64,000 bases of DNA, from NCBI RefSeq assembly GCF_000981445.1, contig NC_027217.1, positions 1,550,001 to 1,614,000 of the forward strand, in the 5' to 3' direction. The translations under genes and the position numbers were made by a program. Under the pieces are notes generated by a model. It was not told the DNA's origin. It saw nothing but the letters and a program-made list of their open reading frames with translations, and ran no database searches. Positions 10,112-22,160 of the stretch are shown piece by piece. Each line of letters opens with the position of its first letter. The first letter of the stretch is position 1. The DNA comes from Babesia bigemina. Lineage: Eukaryota.

Positions 10112-12554
10112 ATGCAATTGTTGGTTTTGGACTCTTCAATAGACTCGTTGGTGACGTGGTCCGCTGCCGAATGTGTCTGCGACAGTGTTCCAACCGTCGT
10201 CCTTGCCTCGATATCCACGGAGTCGGATTTGCGTTCAAATAAATGTCGCAACGAGGTCCACGCGCTTAAGTGTCTGCAGGAGTTGCCTCTACTTTGTTCT
10301 AAGCTAGAATCCCAGGATGCACATTCCGTGAAGCTGTTTACCGAACATATCGGCAAGCACACCTCGCAACCGTCAGAGGGTTAGTTAACATTTATGTAGT
10401 CGCGCATATGGTCATTAGATGTCTTGAAGCATCTCTTGAAAACTTTGAACGAGGTGCCCGTGAGGCCGCTGTTGTTTGCGGTGGATTCTTCGGTGGCTGA
10501 CGTGTTGCCCATATTCGGTTGCAACGCAGTATTGAAGTATTACGTTGAGGGTCAGGGTGTGTGCGGCAAGAGCAGCTGCGATCTGTATACGCCAACGTAT
10601 GAACAGTCCGCATTTGACTGGTTTTCGTGGACCTCGCAATTGCGCCTTTTGTGCAAAAAGAACGCATCTGTCGATTTGAGAGCGTTGTTATCGCAGTTTG
10701 ACGCCTATCTGCATGGCCAACAAGAATGTGACATTAAGGTTGGCATCGGCTCGGTGGTTATCACACTGTGTCTGCTATGGTCAGTTCGTGCCTGCGTTTA
10801 TTACATGCTTGCTTAGGTACGAAACCAAACTAGAGTTCCTCGGGTGCAATTTGGACATGTTCAGCCACATAAGGCAGTACATTTCGGCGGTGTTGACTGC
10901 GACGGCGAATGTGGAGAGGTACCGTTGCCTGCACACGTTCTATAGACTGCACGGCACGTGTGCTGCTCCTGAGAGATCCCTCGCCTCATCTAGGGAGTTG
11001 GAGTCATTATGCCGCGATTTCATCGATCGGAAGTTCTACGTCACAACTGCGTTGGCGTACACGAACGGACCTCCGCACATCGGCCACACGTACGAGATCG
11101 TGACCTCGGATGTTTTGGTTCGTTACTTTAAGGCGTTTGGTATGAGTACTACGCTTCTGGCTGGCACTGATGAGCACGGTCTCAAGGTTGCAACTACGGC
11201 CGAGCGTAGCGGAATGCACCCAATTGAGCTCGCCGACTACTACTCCGCCAAGTTCCGGGAGAACAACGCCGCGCTTTTGACCGACGCGTCTCTTTTCGTG
11301 CGCACTACTGAGCGCCGCCACCACCATTCGGCGCAGAAGATTTGGAGGATTTTGAGGGATAGAGGGGACATATACCTTGGAGAGTACAGCGGTTGGTACA
11401 ACGTCCGGGAGGAGACTTTCCTCACTGAGGTCGAGGCCGCAGCGACTGACTACAAGGACCCCCTGTCAGGCAAGCCTTATACTCTTATGAAGGAATCGAG
11501 TTACTTCTTCCGCATGAGCAAGTACCAGCAGCAGCTAATCGATAAGCTAAGCGGCGACCCGCTGTACCTGCAGCCCGAGTCCGCACGCAATGAAATATTG
11601 AGCCGTCTGAAGAAGCCCCTCGAAGACCTGTCTGTGAGTAGGTGTAACTTCAGCTGGGGAATTCCAGTTCCCGATGACCCTTCACATGTGATGTACGTTT
11701 GGTCCGATGCGTTGACCGGCTACTTGAGCGGCATTGGTTTCGGCGACTTCGATGACATCAGCCAGCTGAAGCTTTGGCCACCTGATGTTCAGGTGATTGG
11801 AAAAGACATCATTTGGTTCTTCGCGGTGATTTGGACATCGATTCTGATGTCTTTGGACGTCCCGTTGCCTAGGACTATTTTCGCCCACGGCTTTATCACT
11901 GCCGCTGACGGGCGTAAAATGAGCAAATCTCTGGGCAATGTGGTTCACACCAAAGAGCTCTTGGTGAAATATGGTGCGGATAGTCTGCGTTACTACCTCA
12001 TTCGTGATTCCGTCTTCGGTTCAGATGTGAAGTTTGACCTCTCCTCGATGGCGGATTTACACAATGCTGATTTGACTGACACCATTGGGAACCTGGTGCA
12101 TCGTATCACGACGTTATGCACCAAGTTCTGTAGCGGGTCCATCCCTCCCGTCGCGGAAAAGTCGTCCCCGCGCCCCTTTGACATGGTGGACGTGGCCGCC
12201 AAGACCCTGAAGCACTTGCAGGATTTCGCACTGCAGGATGCGCTGTTGAGCGTCATAGAGGCCTTCAGGGACACTAACAAATACTTGACTGACCGTGAGC
12301 CGTGGGCCAAGGGTTCCGCGTTAACTCGGCATGACACGATCCGCAACGTGCTTGAGGCGATTTACTTTCTGAACCATCTAATGCAGCCGGTGATTCCTCA
12401 AGCGGCGTCTGTAGTTTTCAAGAAGCTGAATACGCCGCCGAAGATTCACATAGGCCTTTTGTCGGCTGACTACGACAACCTGAGGGAGGGCACTAACGTG
12501 GTCGTCGGGGACATTCTGTTTCAGAAGGTTGTCGCTGCTGACAAAAGCGCGTAA
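10112..12554 (+). CDS. MARS: Methionyl-tRNA synthetase, cytosolic type, with N-terminal extension (3 exons)
   Basis: FYVTTALAYTNGPPHIGH (HIGH) and KMSKSLGN motifs. Introns 10380-10418 and 10780-10816 join the upstream ORFs in frame. Confidence 0.92.
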
Positions 12555-13119
12555 CAGCATTCCCCAGCAACATGGCTATTATTCACAAATACAGTATTAA
12601 CAATTTAGTCTACGTTTGCGTGTTATCGGAGGTTACGTGATGAGTAGGATTCTGTTTTTCAACCCTACTACGTAGTCATAGGTCTAAAAGACTGTCAAGT
12701 TAATCCTAAATCTCTCTGTCGAGCTATGACAGCCGTTCAGCGCCAATACCACCAGTGGATGCGCTGGAATAAATATCGGTCGTGCGTAATCTTGCCAACG
12801 CTGTGGTTGACATTTGCCAATGTGGATCTACGTTTTCTTCAGGTTACTCGACGACGCCAGCGGCTGCTGGGCATTGAAAACCGTTTCAAGTCGCAAAATT
12901 TACGTTTCGTTGCTGTATAGGGTATGTTGAAAAATTCGTCTTTGAAAATTCAGCGGTGATAATTTCTCCGGAGAAAATTGAAAAGCAGTACGCTGATTTC
13001 GCTTCAGGTGTAGTTTACTGTAACATATCAGCAACAATTATTTGTGTGCATTATGTTTTATTAGTATTGGTTGTTTTGCTTTCAATTTTTAACTGGATAA
13101 TTTTTTTTTGCATTTGGCG

Positions 13120-15122
13120 ATGTCGGTGTCTAAGTTCGGTGATGACTTCGCGTCCGGTCGCTTCATTTTCGAGCTGACAATTCATGAGATTCGTCTGTCT
13201 TGCAAACACTCGATAGATGTCGACCTGATATGGACAGCGGGTGAGTTTCTTAACTTTCGTGTTTCACGGCTTTGCAGGCAAGCAGCGTAGCCAAACTGGC
13301 GCCGTCATAACTCTGTTGCCCAACGTGTCAACTCACAATGTCGACCAAAAGCTGTTAATACACCAGACGGTCAGCAGCAACCGTCCGTCGTTGAAGTCCC
13401 TGATTCAGGTATTTTTGTTTTGCCTTGCTGCATGACTCCGCGTAGGTGGTGGTTGCGCACCGTTACGTGAAGTCTGAGGTCCTCGCTGAATGCGTCATCG
13501 ATTTGGCGGATTTGTTTCATGTCAAGCACAAGAGCGCCATTAGCGTTCCACTGGACACCAAGCTGGACGCCGAAGCCAGTTTGACCTTTTCCGTGATGGT
13601 GACAAACTTCTCCTTTCCCGGTTCGTTCCACACGGTCGCTTCTTATTGCGGTTTAGAGGACTCTGCTGTGGAGTCTTCCACTCTGTCGTCGGTTGCGGAG
13701 AGCGTTTTGGAATACCAGGGTTTAAACGCGACTGGTGAGGGCACGGGCTCCCGGCCTAACGGGCTGCGCCGCCTGGAGAGTACTGACATTTACCGGACCA
13801 TAAACAAGATGGCAACCAAGCTCTCGCGCATCGAGAGCGACATCCAGCGGAAAACGTTGAAGCTTCACAAGATAAATCGCAAGAACCTGGACGGGGTCAA
13901 CGGCATCCGCTCTCGCCTGGAGAACCAGATAGCGTTGAAGGACCAACAGATTCGGATCCTCACGATCCAGCTGGACGAGATGCACACCGCCCTTGCGCTC
14001 TCCCACGAGCGCGAGTTGGAGCTGGGCGGGTTCGTGATTGGTCGCCGGGAGTTTAGCGGCAACGACACTTTGGAATTCCGCGAAACGGGCCTGTCGAAGG
14101 TGGGTGGCTTCACGGATTCCTCGAGCCTGCGCTACGATTTCCACCGCAACGGAAGCGCCGCCGGGAGTTCCATCAGGGGCTCAGAGCGCCACTTAACGAA
14201 ATATGATGGGGTAATGTGGAATGCGTCATAGTGCATGGCCTTCAGGCGGGCGCGCGGTTCACGAACAAGGACGACCAGCTGTCGCTGCTCCATAACCAGC
14301 GGCGCACTCCGAGCTGGCACTCGTGCGACAATGCCGAGGACCTGAACCGCCGGATGCCGCACCTAGGTGGGTGCCCTTGCGGCGAGCCGCGTAACATCGT
14401 CGCAGGTACCCAGGTTAGCAAGAGCGGATACGGCGACACTGTTACCTCTGGAGTTATGCCCGCCAACGCCCGCTGTGAGAAGCAGGTGGTGCCCTTGTCG
14501 TGGGTGAAAGGGACAATATCAAGTGATTTAAACGCGTCCCGCGGAATAGGGCGCAGCACCAGTGCCACGAATCCCGTGACAACTGCGTTGCCCTTCGTCG
14601 GTCAGCGCGCATCTATGGATCGCAAGGTAGGCCGTCAACTGCCTCCGCGTAACGCTTAACCCTGCGCAGGCCACCCCGTTACTCAGCGCCTTACAGCGCG
14701 GCAGCGGCCGTGAGATTCAGGCCTCCAAGGCGAGCATCATTCGTGAGCTGCGCGCGCCGTGCACGACGGCTCTTCCGCTCGGGAAGGCGCCTTCGTTGAT
14801 TAAGCGCAATCCAGGAGCTAGGTTGCCCCAGGAGGCCGGCGCGGTGATGCCTGAGCTCCCCAGGAGCACTATCCGCCCGTCGGCGCATTCCGCCGCCGGC
14901 GCTGCGGCCGTGGTCGCCTCCACTCCCGCGCAGCAGCCGGCGGCCGCCAGTGCGAAAGCCGGAGCGGAGAAAGCCACCGCCGCTGAGGTTGCCGATGACC
15001 GCGACACGACGATCGTCCGCCTCGAACGTGACCTGATCTCCACGAAGGTGGCACTGGCCGACAGCGAGACCCAGCGCGACATCGAAATCGCCAAGTTCCT
15101 CACCGCCACGGCGCACACCTAG
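13120..15122 (+). CDS. NT-C2 (EEIG1/EHBP1-type)-like domain and coiled-coil protein, multi-exon
   Basis: Introns at 13241-13277, 13409-13445, ~14210-14245 and ~14627-14669 give one open frame. N-terminal beta-rich FELTIHEI...LAECVIDLAD region and C-terminal RLERDLISTKVALADSE coiled coil. Domain call is from motif resemblance only. Confidence 0.6.
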
Positions 15123-15256
15123 TCTCCATCCGACCGTATGTACATTTTCGACATCCTGTAATTTGTGTATAATGCCCTTGGTGGCGCTTGCATATCGCCC
15201 GCTGCTCCACGCGGCTGTCTTCTTCAGGCAACGTCGTCACATGGTTCGTTGCCACG

Positions 15257-16999
15257 ATGGATAGCGGCTGTGTCGGCGATTCGGCTGAGGGTGTGTCGGC
15301 GTTGTCGAGCCTTTTGAGCTGCCAGTCCGTGAATCCGCTGTCGCTGCGGCTGCACGTGCAGGGCCGGCGTCTGTTCGGCAGCATCCGACACCATCACGCC
15401 CAGGCGCTGCTTTCGCGCATTTTCCGAACCGTGGACGGCCTGGTGGAGGCCCTGGATGACTCCCAGCTGGAGCGTGTGTCGGCGTTTTTGAGCGACGTGC
15501 CTTCTGACGCGTCGTCCTTCCAGTCCTTCGTGCGCCGCCTGCTCGGCGATGCTTCGGAATCTGGCTCCATACCCTGGTTGTTGCAAAATCTGCACGGGAT
15601 TGATGGCATCGAGAGCTTCGTGGCCAGTCTGGAGTCCGACTGGGCTCTCTTATCGCAACTAACATCGGACCCCTCGCCGGACGGCTACGCAAAGATCGCT
15701 CGTGCGGACCCCGAGTGCGCCGGCGCCGTGTTACGGGACCACCGGTCGTCTGTAGGAGCCGTGTCAGACGACGACCTTGCGGCTTACACCGCGTTCAGTC
15801 AGTCCGACTTCCGGCAGGTGCGTCTGCGGAACTTCGTGAAGATCCACCAGGTGGGCCAGGGCGCGTACGGCGACGTCTGGCTGGCCGAGGACATCGTGAA
15901 CAAGGTGCCTGTGGCGCTGAAAAAGCTGAAGCTGAACGAGGACCGGGAGGGGTTCCCGAAGAGCGCTATTCGTGAGATTGTGCTGCTCAACACTCTGAAG
16001 CACCGGAACATCGTGAATCTATTGGGCATTGCGCATTCCCGATCAGACGGCGAATCCGGGAAGGACCATGTGTGGATGGTGTTCGAGTACCTGCCCTTCG
16101 ACCTCAGCGGGTACATCGAGGCGCTGCGCGACCCCAGTGAGAAGCGCGACAAGTTGACCAAGCCGCTGATGTGGCTCTCCATCGGCGAGATAAAGTCGAT
16201 AATGCACCAGCTGCTGCGCGCCGTCAGCTTCTGCCATCGCAACAACGTGCTGCACCGCGACCTCAAGACGGCCAACCTGCTGATGAAGCACGACGGCACC
16301 ATAAAGCTGGCTGACTTCGGCCTCGCCCGCGTGTGCCCGACTGGCAAGGGGATGCTGACTAACCGCGTGGTCACCTTGTGGTACCGTCCGCCGGAGTTGC
16401 TGCTGGGTAGCGACAACTACGACTCCGGCGTGGACATGTGGAGCGTCGGCTGCATCATGGCTGAGCTGGTCTGCGGCACGCACATCTTCGCTGCGGACAA
16501 GGAGCCGCTGATCCTGAAGCTAATTGCCGAGCGTCTGGGGCTGCCGACTGAGTCGGACCTCAAGTTCCTGAAGACGCTTCCGCTGTGGAACGAGCCGCTG
16601 GCGAATCCGCTCCACCCCGATCGTCAGGGCACGATCGTGCCGCGCAAGAAGGAGTTCGAGAAGACCTTCAAGATCACGAACGAGCTTGGCGACGAGGGTT
16701 GGGATTTCATGCGTCAGCTGTTCGCGTGGACCCCGGGGAATCGCATCTCTGCGCGCAAGGCGCTGCAGCACCCGTGGTTCAGCGTCGAGCCGCTTCCGTC
16801 GGGGCTCATCAGCCGCGCCAACGTCAAGGCTGCCCACAGCTTCATGACGAAGAACCAGCGCAAGCGCGAGTCCCAGAAGCAGCCGCTGAAGCGCCATGAG
16901 TACGTGAAATACGCGAACACGGGGCACATCCGCAAGGCGCTGGAGAAGCAGCGCGCCAACGCTCAGGAGAAGCAGGCTGCCTTGAACGCAAAGACGTAA
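15257..16999 (+). CDS. Cyclin-dependent kinase, CDK9/CDK12-like (cdc2-related kinase)
   Basis: GQGAYG, VALKK, PKSAIRE cyclin-binding helix, HRDLKTAN, DFG and TNRVVTLWYRPPELLLG. Confidence 0.9.
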   Translation: MDSGCVGDSAEGVSALSSLLSCQSVNPLSLRLHVQGRRLFGSIRHHHAQALLSRIFRTVDGLVEALDDSQLERVSAFLSDVPSDASSFQSFVRRLLGDASESGSIPWLLQNLHGIDGIESFVASLESDWALLSQLTSDPSPDGYAKIARADPECAGAVLRDHRSSVGAVSDDDLAAYTAFSQSDFRQVRLRNFVKIHQVGQGAYGDVWLAEDIVNKVPVALKKLKLNEDREGFPKSAIREIVLLNTLKHRNIVNLLGIAHSRSDGESGKDHVWMVFEYLPFDLSGYIEALRDPSEKRDKLTKPLMWLSIGEIKSIMHQLLRAVSFCHRNNVLHRDLKTANLLMKHDGTIKLADFGLARVCPTGKGMLTNRVVTLWYRPPELLLGSDNYDSGVDMWSVGCIMAELVCGTHIFAADKEPLILKLIAERLGLPTESDLKFLKTLPLWNEPLANPLHPDRQGTIVPRKKEFEKTFKITNELGDEGWDFMRQLFAWTPGNRISARKALQHPWFSVEPLPSGLISRANVKAAHSFMTKNQRKRESQKQPLKRHEYVKYANTGHIRKALEKQRANAQEKQAALNAKT

Positions 17000-17154
17000 A
17001 TTTAGTAGTTTTAGCCCCTGTCTGGCTCCAGTTGTCTGCGTTTCCGCGGTTCTCCTTCAGGGCTGAGGGGTGCAGAGCGGCGCTACTTGCGGTGCTCTAG
17101 CGACCGTTTTCCCAGGCTGCGGCCGGTATTTTCGAAGCCCAAGTTCGGTACATG

Positions 17155-18394
17155 ATGGGAAATTCATGTTGCCTCGGTCGTTACGTAGGTTTACCCGTGT
17201 CCAGTCGTACACGGCGCCGACCGCTGCGCGGCTCGCGCTGCGATTGATGTCTTATTCGTACTCATGTGTCTGCGCGTTACACACCCTCGGATACACATTT
17301 AATGCATTGCGCAGAACGAGTACCGCGCAAAACTGTCGGAGATTGAATCGCACGTGATCGACAACATATCCTCGTACGGCCCGATCTCAGACTTGCTGGG
17401 TTTGGAGGAGTCTGAGTGCGACATCGAGCGATTCGACCTTGCTTTCGAGAATGGGGATATCAATGAGTTCGTAGCTCTGTGCGGGTCGACGCAGCCGGTG
17501 GGTCGCCCATGCGGCGTTTTCATGGTTCCCAGATAGACAAGTTTGAAGGCCGGTTGCATCCATGGGCTGCGAACCCTACCACTATTGGCGCCCTGGCGGC
17601 CACGCAATTGGCGATATTCGCAAGCCTAGAGCGTGAGTAACGCGGTGCAGCGCTCACAATGCCATGCAGAGCATCCTGAGTTCAAGGATGCCATCCGTGA
17701 GGCGTCAGGCATCCCAATTTTAGTTGAGATGCTGCGGAGCAATGTGAGTTTCGCGGATTCACATCACCATGTGCTCGTAGGAGGTGGACCGTTTCCACGT
17801 CGCTGTCGTCGCTCTTTCGTTTTTGTCGGCTGGGAGTGAGTCGTGCCACCGCCGCTCTGAGAGTGCCTGCAGACATCGATAACTGTGTTGAGATGTTCAA
17901 CGCCGGAGCACTGAAAGATCTGATCCAAGGCATGAAATCCGATATCGACGGAGTGCGCGCGGCGTGCGCGCAGATATGCCGCAACATCTACCAGTTAGGT
18001 TGGTCGTGCCAGTGATCCATCCGTTCATGTCGAGTCAGATTTGGAGTATCGCAGGGTGTTTGTAAAGCTAGGAGGTTTGGTGAATTTGGTGAGATTTTTG
18101 TCTCCGTGCGACGACACGGATGAGGAGCTGTGCCTCACCCAACTGGAGGCCATTTACCACATCGAGGACTTCATCATGGTGGGCCGTTGACGTGGCGCTT
18201 TAACGTGACTTTCAGGACGGAGTCGAGGAGCTACCTGAGTTCGTCTCTATCGTAAAAGTCTCTGGCGCCAGGGAGAAACTCAAATTACTTGAGAAAGTTA
18301 GTTGAAACAGTTGCTCGCCCCCATGCGTCTACAGAGCAGTAACAAGGAGTTGAGCATGGCCGCCAAAAGTGTACGTGTCCGTCTTGCTGATTAG
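17155..18394 (+). CDS. ARO: Armadillo-repeats-only rhoptry protein, multi-exon
   Basis: MGNSCCLGR acylation N-terminus. Spliced exons read HPWAANPTTIGALAATQLA, FKDAIREASGI, GMKSDIDGVRAACAQICRNI and TQLEAIYHIEDFI, matching Plasmodium/Toxoplasma ARO as recalled. Confidence 0.9.
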
Positions 18395-18424
18395 CAAAGA
18401 TTTGGCTCACAATTCGCGGGGCAT

Positions 18425-19654
18425 TTACAGGGGCAGGGGGTTGTGGCGCAAGAGCTGCTGGGCAAAGGCCAACAGCGCTTCTTTCCCTCTGACTTCTTGC
18501 TTGTTCTGGTGGATCGCCACTGCGATGGACTGATTCACTTTTAATTGTGAACTTACGAATGTTGAAATCTTCGGCGTATAGGTCCTTGATGTCTTGGAGA
18601 TACTTGCGCTGCACGTTGACCCTGCTGTTGTGCGTGGAGTGGTGCTCCCTGACCTTGTCGAAGAAGGGCATCATTTTCTGGCGCTGCTCATCGGTGAGGC
18701 CCTCCCACGCGTCGTCGATGAGTCCGCCGATTTCGATATGTTTGAGGACCTGGTTGACCACGATGTACGAGCAGTCAATAGAGCCCCTGGCGAGGTCCTG
18801 GATGAGCCGCTCTGTCTCGTACACGCTGAGGAACTCTGGGATGCAGACGCAAACGAACGTGGTGAGGTTGGGGTTCCTCATTTGATCGTGCGTCGTGTTG
18901 ATCATCGTCTTGATCGATTTAATCTTATCGAAGAGTTCCTGCTGTGACATGCTCGACGTGGACATTGCCGTGAAAAGCTGGAAGAGGCCTCCCATGGCGC
19001 TCTCCAGGTTGAGCACCGTCTCCACAACCTTTTCGAGCACCTCGGGCAGTTTGAGGAACTTGAGTGTGTGCCCCGTGGGCGCGGTGTCGAATACCGTGAC
19101 CGAGAACCTCTTGCTCTGCACCGACCTGTGCGCGCCGTGTTAAACAGAAGAGGAGTCACCTACTGCATGAGCTCCACGAAGGTCAGCGCTTCGTCGAGAC
19201 CTGGCAACATCGTGAAAATGTCGGGGATGTTTTTGAGGAAGGAGTGCGTTTCCTTCAGTCCATCCAGTCCATCCATGATATGCGATGTGTTCAGCTCCTG
19301 CGCACACATTAGCCCGCACGCAGCGCCGCGCAATACCAACCATTGCGTAGAGATTCTTGAACCCGTTCACTAGCCTAGGCTCGTGGGAGAACTTCTGCCC
19401 GAATGCGTCACTGAGGCTGTGCGCGGGATCGGTGGATAGCAAAAGCACCTATGCCAAATGAATCGACAGTCGCATACACATACGGATTCCCTGGTTTCAG
19501 CCAGTGCAGTGGCAATGGAGGAGGAGATTGTGGTTTTGCCAACACCTCCCTTTCCACCGACAAAGATCCATTGCAACGAGGTCTGGTTGACGAGGTTTTG
19601 TATGTCGTTGCGGACTTGCACGTCCCCCTCGTTGATTTCGCGGATTTCTACCAT
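18425..19654 (-). CDS. GET3: GET3/TRC40 (ArsA-family) ATPase, multi-exon
   Basis: [39 protein letters not shown] and [18 protein letters not shown]. Last exon ends RHNPLPL*. Confidence 0.92.
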
Positions 19655-19744
19655 CTTCGTATCACGCTGAGAATATGATGTGTGCATCCACCCTTCCCGA
19701 CATCGTCGTGCCGCGTATGTGTCGTTGTTCGGCCCGCGCGCTAG

Positions 19745-22028
19745 ATGGTTTTCGCGCGCCGCCTGAGCGCGAAGAAGGCTCGCTTTACGTGCAAGAAGCT
19801 CGCCTTCCTCGAGGTGCAGCGTTTCCAGCGCGAAGAATATGGGCGCTGGCTGACTCGTCGGAAGCGCGCTGAGCGTGTGCTTTTCTTGCCGTCAGGTGAG
19901 TTCGCGGCCACACACCTGCTTTAGCTGCACTTTGCTGACGTCGTTACATCTATGTGCAGTCAAAGATGAGGTTGGAGAGCTGTCGGCGGAGTCCATGCAA
20001 CGGATTCTTCACCAGGGCTCTGCGTTCCACTTCTCCAAGCACCTCGTTGTTGAGAGGCAGGATTCCCTGCACCACCTCCTTTTCGGCGGGGTGCTCAATG
20101 TGAGGCGTTTGGACCCGATTGACTTGGTACTGTTGGTTTCGGTGCTGACGAAACTTCCGTCGACAAACAATGCTTTGCTTTCGCGTGCCCTGTTGCAATG
20201 CGATCTGCACTTTGAAAGCCTCTCGCTGCCTGAGGTCGCACAGGTGTCTTTCCTCATAAGGGAGCTCCCTGAAAGCCTTAGGGAGTCTTTTATCCGCCAA
20301 TGGCTGCCCAAAGTTGTACGTCTGTTGAGCAGGCTGAACCTCGACGGGGTGGGAGCCAACCTGAGCAGCCTGGCCAAACTCTGCTTTACGATATCGCATT
20401 TTGCCCCCCATCTTAGGCATCCGCTATTTGTTATGCTCACGTCACTTGAGGTCGGTGACATTCCGGATCCTCAGCTGTTTTCACGTGACTGCTCGCTCGT
20501 CTGCGAGAGCATGTCGTCGAGTGGCGTGGTGAATTACGGTTTTCTGAAGGACGCCTGCCATTTTTACGAGTCGCAGCTGAACAAAACGGTCGAGTCATTG
20601 AGCGACCGTTTGCGGCGTCGTCAGGCGCTGTCGGGCCATAATGTGGTATTTCATTTAGAGGATGGCGGCATTGAATCCGCTGTGGACATCGAGCATTTGT
20701 TGACCTTCGTGTCCACCTGTGAACGTTTCGGCTACCACAAAAAGACGCTTATGGAAGCGTTGGATCGCTACGTCGACTGCTGTAGCGTCGTTTTTGTCAA
20801 TGAGTGCCGGGCAGCCGAGCACTACCGGCGCCACGGAACCAGTACCTCCGATCAGCTGCCGAGAAAATTCGCCGAAGCAGTTCGCAGCGGACGGTACAGG
20901 CACCCAGTGAGCGGGAAACAGCAGCTGCAAAAGTTACTGAGGGACCTGCTGGCCAGCCTGTCAACTGAGAAGCACGGGTATTGGTGTTTGGGCGCTATCC
21001 ACAGCATCGGCACAAAATACGTGACGCAGCGCCGCACCTTTGCCAGGTTTTTGGATTTCGTTATGCGCAATATAAACAAAGATATGCTGACCACGGCTGA
21101 GCAGCGCATCCTTCGTGGGCTCTGTTCTTCGTATCAGCCATTCCTATGCGAGCTGACTGCGCACCTGGGAGCACTCATGAGGGATAGCGCCATCCAAGCA
21201 GCTGAGCAACCGCAAACCCAACCGCACCATAATTGCACCGGCGAAATGCGTTCGGTTGACTTTTGCAACATAGCGTCTACGGTAAACAGCTTTCGGGAAA
21301 CGTGCGCGTCGTACATCGCTGACCGCCGGCCCGAGAGCCTGACCACGTTGTTATCGTTGTTTCCGATTCTGGCCGCAAAGCTTCCGGATATCGTATGCTG
21401 GGATTGCGTGTGGCAGATGCTGAACGTGATCGCGGAGTCACGCTGCATTGACATGCTGCCGCTGGTTCGCTCATTTTTGGAGGAGTCATTTTTAGCATTC
21501 CAACCCCTATCGCAGGCAGCTGGCGACATATCAACTGTGACTGCACACCTAATAGGGAGCGAATGTACAACTGACGGCTATTTGCTATACCTGGATAGCT
21601 GCGTTCGCATCGTCGAGCTGCTATCAGAAGCCGATCTCTCTCGCGACGACGCCGACCTGAGTATGTTCGGACACTTCTTCGAGCTGCTGACCAAAGTCGG
21701 CCACGTGTTACAACGCCACAGCGACGGGTTCGACGCCGACCGCCGCCTGGCGATAGAACGGCTGCATAGCCTTTTGCAGCGGTACCTCGTGAAATTCTCG
21801 GAAGTCAAGCGGTATCTACCGGGCGTGGAAGTGCCTAATGCGGTGTATGTGCAAGTTATGGGCGGGATTTACAGGCAGTGCGGGCTGGATTCGACTCCCG
21901 CTGCCATGAGTGCGGAGAAGGCTGTTGAGCTGCTTCGCTGTCTGCGCGTCGCTGAAAACACGGCATTCATCAGCAAAAACACCGATTTGGTTCGACACAT
22001 CCTATTCCAGGGCTGCCTGGTACCTTAA
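19745..22028 (+). CDS. Hypothetical helical protein, possible mitochondrial presequence
   Basis: Arg-rich first exon from ATG 19745 spliced (~19896-19959) into the 717-aa ORF. Leu-rich helical composition. 3' end uncertain because a short last intron is possible. Confidence 0.55.
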
Positions 22029-22160
22029 TATCGTGTCTTTTTTGTCCGTAAGTATTGTTGATGTGTATTGGCACCTGGATTCCAGCACCCTGTAGGGCTA
22101 CGATTGACCGTACCGTTGTAGCGCTGGCGAGTGACTGTGCCAAATTTTATGGTGGCAAAA

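Noticed and set aside
12637..12720. GTGATGA (C-box-like) with small hairpins downstream of MetRS
   Set aside because: No CTGA D box at a suitable distance.
18425..19654. Bacterial arsenite pump ArsA or horizontal transfer
   Set aside because: Intron-containing, single-domain eukaryotic GET3.
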